NCBI GenBank assembly: GCA_002104945.1
Contig: MCFH01000135.1
Location: forward strand, 1-29,516
Direction of reading: 5' to 3'
Length of the DNA stretch: 29,516 nucleotides
Source: Piromyces finnis finn
Lineage: Eukaryota; Fungi; Neocallimastigomycota
Shown here: piece after piece, positions 16,472 to 27,234 of the stretch
Numbering within the stretch: position 1 is the stretch's first letter
Layout: each line of letters opens with the position of its first letter
Position numbers and translations under genes: made by a program
Notes under the pieces: model-generated
The model's input: only the letters and a program-made list of their open reading frames with translations
Told to the model about the DNA's origin: nothing
Databases searched by the model: none

Positions 16472-19400
16472 ATGTCTGATTTAATATAAATGCGTTTTAC
16501 AACATGATATCGATCAATTGCGTTCATTGTTGAAGAAACACCTAATTCAAAGGATATTAATTTATTCATCTTTTACTGACAAACACCATTATTATTGGCA
16601 TGTTCTCTTGATCATAGAGATAGTTTATTAGCATTAATTCAATGTCCATGTTAATTAAATCTTCAAGACTTAGAGATAAATATATATTATATATATATAT
16701 TATTAAATGTATATTATATCATCATCATTATTATAATATTTAACATAATTTTATTATTATATGAAAATATATAATAAATTAATATTTTTATGAAGGTGGT
16801 TATACGGCACTTCATTATTGTCTTTATCATGGAAAATTACAATTTACAATTGACATTCTAAAATTACGTAGAGCTGATTGCAATTTAGCTTTAAAGATAA
16901 AGAAGAATGACATGCTTTGATTTATTAAATTTCTTTTTAAGGCACTCCAAAAAAAATAGAAAATGAAAAAATAAATATTGTTAAAAATGGCTCAACTTTG
17001 ATGTTTTAAAACTGAAATAATTAATTCTATATAGATACTGATTTAGAAGACAAAAAAAATCATTTAAGTAATAATTCAGATGACAATAATTCTGATATGA
17101 TTATATTTTTCAGATGATTCTGACATAAATAAAGAAAATACCGATTCTTTAAATGTCAACCTTCAATGAGTTTATGGACTTGGGTTCAAATTCAAATTAT
17201 GTATTGGTCATAATAATACTAAACAGAACCTCACCTGAAAGTGTTCGTCTTGATTTACCATTAAGAAATAATGATAAAGGAATACATTCAATACAATTAT
17301 TTACACCATTAATTCATAAAACTACAATGTCAAAATTTCATACTGTTGTTAAAGTAGGAAATGAAGTAATTGTGTGGTAAAATATTACAAAAACGAATAT
17401 CTCATCGCTTTTTATTGTTTAAATTATTATTATATATTTATTATTATTATCATTATTTTATTATATAATTTTATATTTTATATATTTATTAAATAATAAA
17501 ATTATAATTTGAAGGTCATGGAAAAATAGGAAGACTTGGTTTGGAAATGAAGCTACTCAATTTAACTTAAAAACATTAAGAATTGATAATTGTCAAATTC
17601 AAAATTTCTCGGAGTTACAATCATACTTTATTTATAGGAAGTAATGGTGATTATTTACTTGTGGAGATAATACTTTTGGTCAATTAGGTATGATAGCGGT
17701 AGCTATATGATTGTTTATCTAAAATCAAAATATTAAAATTAAAAATTAAAACTATATTGAATAATTTAAATTATAAAAATTATAAATATAATTAAAGGTT
17801 ATGAAACTAAAATTCTGTAATGGAAACAATGCCTAAGGAAGTTCAAAGTTTAAAAAATATTCCAATTATTAAGGCATCATCATGTAAATACCATAATCTT
17901 GCATTAGCAAGAAATGGAACTCTTATTCATGGGGTTTAAATTTAGGTATCTAATAATATTTATATACAATATACAATATATATAAAAAATATAATATTAA
18001 TTACTAATTGATTTATGTCAATAAACTAAAGGTCAATTAGGACATCCAGCTAAATAGATACAATAAAAACACCAAAAGAGTATCATTAATTATTCAGCAA
18101 GATATTATTGATATAAAGACATGTGTAACGGCGTCAGCATGCTTATTATCTTCATATAGTTATTATTTTAGTAAATTATACTACTCAAAAATTAAATTTG
18201 TTATTCCACCAAAACCTTTATATCAATAACAGCTCAAAATTTTGAGGTATCAAATAGAAAGTCATATTTGAAGAAAAAATGTTCAAAAAACAAAAATAAC
18301 AGCAATCGAATCAAATCAAAATAATAATTTTATAGCTTTATCAGAATCTGGTGATATTTATACATGGAAGTTAATACCAAAGAGTAAAAGCAATAATGAT
18401 AAAAGAAATTCCAGGAGAGAAATTAAAGCAAAAATCATCAATAAGTAATATTGCAGTAAATATAGGAAGAGCTGCAATTCCTGTGAAATTGCATAATTTT
18501 GAATTCAAAAAACTATCTTGTAAGTGTATCTGATGCTATTTAGTATATTCTACAGAAAGAAATATATGAAGCCTTTAAAAATTGCTATTGGTATTGATGG
18601 CAATATCTTATATTCTACAAATTTGGAGATGCATATTTTGGTTCTTAAAAAATAAAACGACTTTAAAGATATTGCTTTAAAATCAAATAGTAAATTTTAT
18701 AAATTTAAAAAAATTCCTGTTGCAACATATTGTAGATGTATTTGCTAATTCATTCAGGTTATGTGCAATTAGATCAGATTATCGTCCGAAGTTGATACCA
18801 TAATTAAGGAACTCTAAGTGAAGATATATCTGATTTATATCAAACAACAGCTAATTTTATTGATAAAAAATTATATACGATGGTAATATGATGTTATTTT
18901 TGAAACTTCAGACAACATTTATCATTATGCAAATATGCTATATTAGCTGCTAGATCAAACTATTTTTATGAATATTTTGCAACAATATAAGAATAATGCA
19001 TCCAGGATTGTTAATGCTAACAAATATATCTATAGAATTAGATATAATGATAAAAGTATTAAAACTGAAGTATTACATGAAGAAATTATTGATGATATAT
19101 TACATTATTGTTACTAAATTAATTCATCTAAAATAATTCCTTGGATAATATATATCGAAATAATCTTTTTATTTTAGCTTAAAAATATTCATTCTCAGTC
19201 TCTAGTGTTTATTGAAATTTATATATTCTGACTCTTTGATAATATGATTATGAAACAAAGTATATTAATAAAAATAGTAGAAATTTATGAAGACTTTATT
19301 ACACTTGCAAAACTTTTGAATGCTATATTCTCATAATAAATTACCGACAACAACATATAAACCGACGACTAATATATATATGTCAAAGAGTTAACTCAAA

Positions 19401-21022
19401 TTAAATGTTGTTCAATTTGATTATTCCAAACAACTTGAACGTATGTGCATGATACAGGCTGTTAAAATTATCAGTTATATTAAAATGGATTGTAAGTCAG
19501 TCTTCAGTTCATCGTTCTATATCAAAACGTATAAATTTTTTAAGTTATTCTAGCTATGATCAATATGGATCCATCGTGATAAAGATTTTATAATAAAATT
19601 ATTATTGACTTTTCTCATGTGAAAAGGAATATATGTCATTTATATACTTATATAATGTGATTTGGCGTTAACAATTTGAGAATAAATTCCAAAAGCATTA
19701 AGAAAAATATAAAATCCCATGTAATAAATTATATTATATTGATTTAATTGTTAATAATAATTTTAGCGGATGAATTGATGCTTGATGAATTTATTATATA
19801 TGTAGTAGAATACTTCTTGTATTGGATATAAAAATGTTGTTAATATCTTCAAATTTCTGAAAAATACAATGCTTTCAAGTTAAAAGCTTCATGTATTCAA
19901 TTCATATGCTCAAATCTTATTACATTAATTGAAAATGGAAAAATAGATATTCTTGATCATGATTTTATATAAATACAAGAATCCTACAACAATTGCAAAA
20001 TAAAAAATTCAAATTTACAAGAGTGAAAACTCGTATTATAAGCGTATTAAAACTATGGCAGAAGAAAAACTAATCAAAAAAACTTAGAGAAAAAAGTAAA
20101 CGCCAAGAAAAGAAAAATAGAAAGAATAGTACCAATAAAGAAAAGGAGAAAGAAAAGAAATTAAATTGAAAAGAATTGTGCAGCCCTCACAAGAAGATAT
20201 TCAGGAACAAATTTAATATATCAATTAGCGATGCAGAACAGGAAGCTCGAAAAAATAATAATAATTCTTCAAATATACTAACGGAAAAAAAGAAAAAAAA
20301 GAATGCTAAAGGAAAAGATAGCGATATAGCAATGGTAATAATAAAAATAGTAACAACTATTCCAAGATAAAAGAGAATAAAGATTATTATATGATTTATC
20401 ATTTATTGCTGAAATACAAGAAAATAGCGTCGAATTCCAATAATTTTGCTTCCTCCTCATCATCTTTGAATCTTCAAACCGAAAATAAAAATGTAAATGA
20501 TTTCAAATAGTTCAATTAATAATAATAAATCATCAAAATCTAAAAAGGTAAAATATTCTAAATTAGATATATTTTCACCTGAATCTACAAGGAAAAATGC
20601 ATGGGAAATTACTTCCCTACTAATTTGGATACTAAAAAAACTATTTCAAATTGTTAGTGCAAGTCCAAAGAATACAACAACTTGGAATACATCATCTTTA
20701 ACTTCTAATGCAAATAGTCAATCAAGTACTACGTTATGGGGCATCTAAAGGTTGGGCTAATACAGTTCCAAATAAAAATAATAATGATAATAATAACAGC
20801 AATAATAAAAAGTTGATTGAAAAAAGTGAAAAGTAAATTATTTTAATATTATATTTGATATAAAATCTTATATATAATGAATTTATTATATAATTAATCT
20901 ATTTTCTATATAATTAGCAATAATAACTTTTATCATTTAAAAAATAATGAAGCTAGAACAAAAAAGTAAATTTATTTTATTTTTTTTATTTTTTTATGGT
21001 TACGGTTAAATATATTTTATTC

Positions 21023-21062
<40 letters not shown>

Positions 21063-21515
21063 CATGTAATATAATAAAACAGGAAAAAATCATCAACTTC
21101 TAGTATCAACAAACCATCTAATTCATTTAAAGTTTCCAAAAATTATCTCAAAAAGAACGTATAAAAGCATCAAAATTATTAGCGGCTGAAACTAGGAGCC
21201 AACTGAGAAGGTAGCATGGGTGTGCTGGAATGATTAACAAAAATAAAGGACCGTCTATATTAGCATTACAACATAATAATGAAACTAAATGGTTCATCGA
21301 AAAAATCTGCTACTAAAAATAATGCTTGGTCTAATAGATCCTTTTTAAATATTCAACAAGAACAACTTAAAACTCAAAAAGCACAGCAAAAGAAATTAAA
21401 TAAATCTTTAATGCAAATCCAGACAGAAGAAAAAAGTATTGAAGCTATTTTATCATTTTATAAGCAAACAAGTAATCTTGAAAATGGTGAATGGTTCTCT
21501 GTTTCAACACTCTAA
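16472..21515 (+). CDS. IBTK: Ankyrin repeat + RCC1-like + tandem BTB domain protein (IBTK-like); many frameshifting indels
   Basis: Ankyrin motif LQDLE(S)GYTALHYCLYHG (cf. DKESGWTALH). RCC1-like repeats GHGKIGRLGFG, GDNTFGQLG, GLNLG..GQLG. BTB-like DVIFETSD...ILAARSNYF (~18890-18965) and a second BTB/BACK-like VNIFKFLKIYNAFKLKASCIQFICSN (~19840-19915). Lys/Ser-rich tail ending ...SLMQIQTEEKSIEAILSFYK...GEWFSVSTL* at 21515. Confidence 0.75.
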
Positions 21516-22239
21516 TTGCTTAATATCTTAATGATATTATATTATTTTTATATGAAATAATACATATATTTCATATTTTCATATTTTAATATATATAAAT
21601 ATGCTATCTAAATTTTATTTTTTTATTTTTTTTTATTATAATATTTATACCTTTTTTTTTTTTTTTTTTTGAATTTTGAAAATAATTTCTAAATGTATAA
21701 TGAACTTTGAAATAAATACATAATTAATTTATAAATTAATTTATTATATTATTATTATGCATGTTTAATAATAATATCGAATAATGATATACACATATAT
21801 ATAAATGATGCATCGTTTTTTTAAATAAGGATTATTTATTAGCTATTTTTATTTTTAAAAATATTTTTTATTATTGTAATTTATTCTTGTTATAATTTAT
21901 TTCAACTTTTATTTTAATATTATTAATATTTATGAATTGAATATTTTTGTTTATATTTATTACAAAAAATAAACTATTTTAAAAAAGAAATATACTTTTG
22001 TTAATAGCTATGTGTTGATAATTTAAGATTGTGTTTATGTTTTATACTTTCAGTTATTTGAATAATTTAATAATTTAATTATATTATTATTATTATTATT
22101 ATTAAATGATATTTTTACAATTTTTATTATTTTAATATTTTATTACTAAATTTATATATTTGATTTTTGTTTAATAACAATATCAATTTTATTATATTTG
22201 TATTATATATATATATATATTATTTTTATATTTTAGATA

Positions 22240-24025
22240 TATAACTATGATAAATATTTTTTCTTATATTTTTTGTGTGAGTTTCACAAGTGTTATTGGA
22301 CATCTTTGATTTTCTTCAATATAATTAAATATACAAGGATAACAAAAGGCATAACCTGTTGATGTTACTGCAGTATTTGTTCTTTTGTGATGACATAATG
22401 GGCAAATAGTTACATCGTCTGGAATTGGTAAGCCATCAGGATGTTGCTATTTTATGATTATTAATATTAATTATGAACAATAATTAAAAATTTATTTATT
22501 GTAATAAAAAATATAGTAATCATTGATAACAATTATATATTAATAATTTAGCAACTATATGTGTTATACCTCTAAAGCTTCAGGTGGTGTTGGAATATTA
22601 GATTGGTCTACAACTGTATTCGATTTAACTTGATTTGTCCACCATTCCATAAATTTAAAAGTTAGAACAAAAATAGGTAATGCATATTTTAAAAGTTCAA
22701 ATCCCCTTGATGATACAGTTTTCATTATTTCTAAAAATTTTCTAGTGAACTTTACATCAGAGTTTTGAAGAATATTTCTTATAATTTCCATTATTTTTTC
22801 TTTATTTTCATGATTCTTTTTCTATAATGTTTTTATTAAACTTAATTATTATTTATATATTTATTTATATATTATTTTATATTACTTAGAAATTATACAC
22901 ACATAATCTTCCATATTCATTCTTTGTATTTTTAATCCTATTAATTGAAGCCATGGGTTAAAATAATCAGTTTTTATATAGATAACAGATTCTTTGTATA
23001 AAGAATGTTGTATTGAAAAGCATATTAACTAATGGATAATATTTTAAGAATTTTTTCTTCATATTTTCTTTTATTTTACTTTTTAACTTTTTTTTTTTTT
23101 TTTTTTTTTTTAATTTATTATATTATTTAAATAGAGAATTAACAATTTTAAATAATTTAAATTACTGCATATAATTTGATACTTTTTTTGAATAATATTT
23201 TATTAAATTTCTTACATTTTTTTTTCATTAAAATCATATTGTTCTGTATAATTAGAGATTCCTCCTCCTAAATCTTCATATAATATATTTAACTTTTTTC
23301 TTAAATATGGTAATCCAATCTTTTAAATGTAGATTATATACGAATATTAAAATATGAAATTATAATTGTTTGAATATAATTAATTTAAATTATTTTAAAT
23401 ATAAATTCATTAAAAATATAGTGTTAAAATATTTATATATTATATTTTAAAAATTACTAGAAATAATAAAGAATAATTTATTTGTTTTTGATTTAGGTCG
23501 GATTTTAAATATTTTTGTTTTGTTGGTGATATATTATTACTTAAACATGGTACTCTTTTAAATGAATAATAACTTTCTGTAAATGAAGCATCTTTATATA
23601 TAATAAAATTTATAAGTTAATAATTATAATAAAAATAAAAATATTTAATTAAATTTATTATCTCTTTTTTGAAATTTACTATATTTTTTTAAGTAATATC
23701 TTTCAATGAAAAACATAATTAATGAATAAATTTCCTGACTTCTATTAGCAATTCTAAGAAGATATCTAGGGTATCTTTGGGCATAAATCTTTTATTTTAT
23801 TAATGAAATATAAAAATAAAGATATTTATTATTATTATTTAATTTGTTAATAGAGGACTGATGAAGTTTAGGAATAATAAATTTTCAATTGTTAATTTTA
23901 ATTACAGATAATATGTATTCTATTGCTGGTTCAATAAGCTCATCCATTTTTTCCTGATTAATTAATTCAAAAAAAGAAGGCTTATTGGGATCGAAAAAAA
24001 ATAAATTGAGGGAATTAACATTCAT
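22240..24025 (-). CDS. PEX12: Peroxin 12, RING-finger peroxisomal import E3 subunit (multi-exon; 3' end approximate)
   Basis: N-terminal PNKPSFFELINQEKMDELIEPA, AQRYPRYLLRIANRSQEIYSLIMFFIERYYLKK, DASFTESYYSFKR; ALPIFVLTFKFMEWW...IPTPPE; C-terminal degenerate RING CPLCHHKRTNTAVTSTGYAFCYPCIFNYIEENQRCPIT. Confidence 0.9.
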
Positions 24026-24672
24026 TTTCTAAAAATTATTAATCTAAATCCTATATACTAATTTATACAGAAAAATATAATAGCAAAATAAAAATAAAAA
24101 TAAATAAATAAAAAAAAATTATTTGAAATAGTTAAAATACTTATTTCTCTTGTAATTTGCGAATAATTTCAATTCAACCCATTTAATAAAACCAACTAAA
24201 TATTGCGAAAAACAAATATAAATTCATTATATACAATACATAGTATTTATAAATATTCTTGAGATAAAATAAAAATTCCTCAACATTCACTAAAAAAAAA
24301 TTAATATTTAAAAACTCCATAAACAAAAAATAATTTTCTTTTTGTATTTTATTACATAATAATTATAAAAATTATCCTCATAATTCCTCTAAACTTCCAA
24401 ATATATTTTTCTCATTTTGTTAAATTCCTTTAAAAATTAAAAACAACCATTGAATTAAATATTTTCTTTAATAATATTTTTATTGCAATTTATTATTACT
24501 TTTATATTTCTTGTCATATTATATATTCTCATTATAAATTCCAAATTTACTGACGCTTCACTTTATTTATTAATTTATAACACAAATTGAAATAATATGC
24601 TGTTTTTTTGAAACACAAAATATATCTTTATTTCCTTTAAATTAATGTAATTTTATATTCAATTTAATACAT

Positions 24673-25359
24673 TTATTGGACGTAAGACCAGGTGCTATAA
24701 AAAAAATTATAAAAAATTTATTTAATAATTTATTACATTTATTATATTATTCATATAAGTAATAAAAATAAAAAATCGATATTTACTTCTTAAGGTAACC
24801 AGATTGAGTGGCTAATCTGTCAAGAGAATCGTTAGATTCACCTTGGGATCTGACATTACCAGAGAAGGCAAAGGTAGTGAAAGTCTTGGTGTAGACACCA
24901 GTTTCTGGGTCAACATCACCAATGTTGATTTGGACGGAAGCCGTGGTCCTTAGCAGTGATAAGACGACCAGTGGGCAGAGCTATATTTTATTTTAAATAA
25001 TATATTATTATTATCTATTTTAAATTTCATATTCCATTATCATTTTATTATATCTACTTGAAGTTAATACTAACCACTTTCTTGGGATGTAAAGATCAAC
25101 GAGTTTTCCCTTATCGTTTTGCTATTAATTATTTAATTATAATTAAGTACAAATTAGTAATTAATCCATTGAGTAATTTAATTTTCATTTCAATTTTTTA
25201 AAAATAGAAACAAAACAAACACATATTCATCAATAATTAATCATCTTTCAAAATAAGAATATACTTTTTTCATAATATCATTCATCATCAAAAATATAAA
25301 AACTCATAACATTAACATCATTTAAAAAAAAATAAAGCATTCAAAATAATATATACCAT
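24673..25359 (-). CDS. RPS21: 40S ribosomal protein S21 (eS21), 3 introns; first coding exon is the ATG alone
   Basis: M|[86 protein letters not shown]. ATG at 25357-25359 is followed by GT. Two 1-nt insertions in exon 3. Confidence 0.97.
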
Positions 25360-25821
25360 TTTGTGTTCTTATTCCTTATTTAAAATAAATTAAATAATTT
25401 ACTGAGAAAGAGGGAAATTAAGTTTTATTATTTTGCATTTCTTTTTTTTTTTCGTGATAATTTTTTTCCACCTATCATCCAATCATTAATCAACAATATA
25501 TCATGTGTATTTATGTATATATATATATTCATGAATCTTCATTTAAGAAAACATAAATTTATGAAAATTTGATTTATATTTTTTTTTATTTATTGTAATT
25601 CTTTAGTATAAATATTTTATTTTAATATTTCTATTTTTTATTTATTATTATTATTATTAATATCTAATTTATTTTATTTTAAATTTATGTGTTTTAGCAA
25701 TTATTTCGGGGTTATTTATTTTATATTATTTATATTTTTACATTATAAATAAAAAGTATGTATATGTAAAATTTTAATTCGTTTTTTTTAATAATGTTTC
25801 TAGTGTACTACTAGTTAATAT

Positions 25822-26595
25822 TTAATTACTTTTATTTTCAAAAGCATCAATAATAGCTTGGTACATTTCCATTGCAATCTTTATTCTAACTCTATCCTCA
25901 TCTGAATTTTTGGTAATTGTCTTTCAGCTTCAATTAATTTTGTTTAGTGGCAGATAAATCAATATAATCCAATGGATAAGCTTCAGCAGCGGAAATACTC
26001 ATTGATTTATCTGGATTAATATTGCAAACCTCCACTTACTATTTTTTTAAAAAAACAATAAGTTATTAATTAGATAACAAATTTTTACTTTAAATTAATT
26101 ACAATACAATATTACCAATAAATTTTTTAATTTCTTTATTTTGTTCAACTTCAACAAGTCCACCAAGAATACGTTGAGCAAAAGCATCTTGTCCAGCTTT
26201 AATTTCAACAGGTCCTTTTTCTGTTGTAAATTTTACTCTTTCAACTTGTTCATTGTTGAAAAGGCTCTTTATAAAAATGACATTTCAAATTACATTTGTT
26301 AATATATTTTAATTTTTCTTTATTCTTTATTATTATATTAATACATTAATAATTTGATTTTACTTTTTTTGGGGCAGAGAAATTTAAAGAAAATTGTTGT
26401 AAAGAGCGAGTAGCTATGACATGGGTAACTGTATATTTGATATTATAATTTTATTGATTAAAACAACAAATTAATTATTTTTTCAATAAAAAATGAAACT
26501 TTAATTACTATGATAAATTAAGATGATATTTTATTACGGTTTGGTATTAATTTTGTTTTATTTAATAATTTTAAAGAACTGTTAAATAAAGCCAT
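25822..26595 (-). CDS. ATP16: Mitochondrial-type F1-ATPase delta subunit with N-terminal organellar presequence (exons 26538-26595, 26364-26428, 26116-26266, 25822-26038)
   Basis: Exons 1-3 splice in frame with GT-AG ends: MALFNSSLKLLNKTKLIPNLTHVIATRSLQQFSLNFSAPKKSLFNNEQVERVKFTTEKGPVEIKAGQDAFAQRILGGLVEVEQNKEIKKFI. Exon 4 (a few indels) gives VSGGFA..NPDKSMSISAAEAYPLD...KLIEAE...IAMEMYQAI, collinear with yeast Atp16 (LQFALP, PGVVEV, KKFFISGGFA, AIEAFPL). Confidence 0.88.
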
Positions 26596-27234
26596 TTGAT
26601 GAAAGGATATTTGACTAATTTTATAGATAAAAATAAAAAAGGAAGTATATTATGAATTTATTAAGAAATATTTTTTTTTAAAAAGATAGATGAATTTAAT
26701 AGAAATTTACTCTTTCATTTATTAAAGTTTATTACAATATATTAATAATTTTAAGTGAATTTATCCACATAATTTATATTTTCAAAAATTTTATTTTCGT
26801 TATTTAAATTAATTATATAGAGTTTTTAATATATAGATTTAATATTTTATCTTTCTTATGTAGAAGTAGAAAAAAAAATAACTATATAATAATTATAAAA
26901 ATTTAAAAACAAAAACAAAAGCAAACACAGAAAAGGCAATTTAAATTTACTTTATATATGTTTTTAGTATTCTTGCTTCTTTTTTTAATAACTAAATATC
27001 GAAGCAACATAAATTTAAATACTTAAATTATTAACGGACTATAATAAAGTAAAATAAAAAAATGCAGATAAACAAAAATAACAATTATTTTTTTATTTAT
27101 CAAATTTATTATATTTTAAATTTTTATATAAACTGATCATATATTTTAAATATATACAAAATTATGAATACTATCAATGAAATTTTTTTCAGTAGTAGCT
27201 TTTGATAACTTTAAATATAGAGTGCATAATTTAA

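Noticed and set aside
20187-20463. Hydrophobic minus-strand ORFs (20187-20402, 20278-20463) suggesting small membrane proteins
   Set aside because: They are the antisense of the Lys/Glu-rich (A-rich) tail of the IBTK-like gene; poly-Phe arises from reverse-complemented AAA/GAA codons.
21027-21059. Long poly-T and poly-A runs (also 3181-3204 and others) as retroposon tails
   Set aside because: There are no target-site duplications or element bodies; such runs are ubiquitous in the introns and spacers of this window.
7664-21515. Cluster of pseudogenes, programmed frameshifting or insertional RNA editing
   Set aside because: Indels occur in both directions in homopolymers, motifs are intact, the genes are essential housekeeping types, and the palindrome arms show the same indels arising independently.
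22330-22410. Pex12 RING lacking the canonical Cys-Gly-His (has TGY)
   Set aside because: A degenerate five-Cys RING is the normal state for Pex12, not a lineage novelty.
24100-24660. Purine-skewed minus-strand stretch between RPS21 and PEX12 with short hydrophobic frames (e.g. ...KWVELKLF...)
   Set aside because: No consistent ORF or splice model could be built, and it starts within ~50 bp of the RPS21 stop, so it is more likely 3' UTR or promoter sequence.
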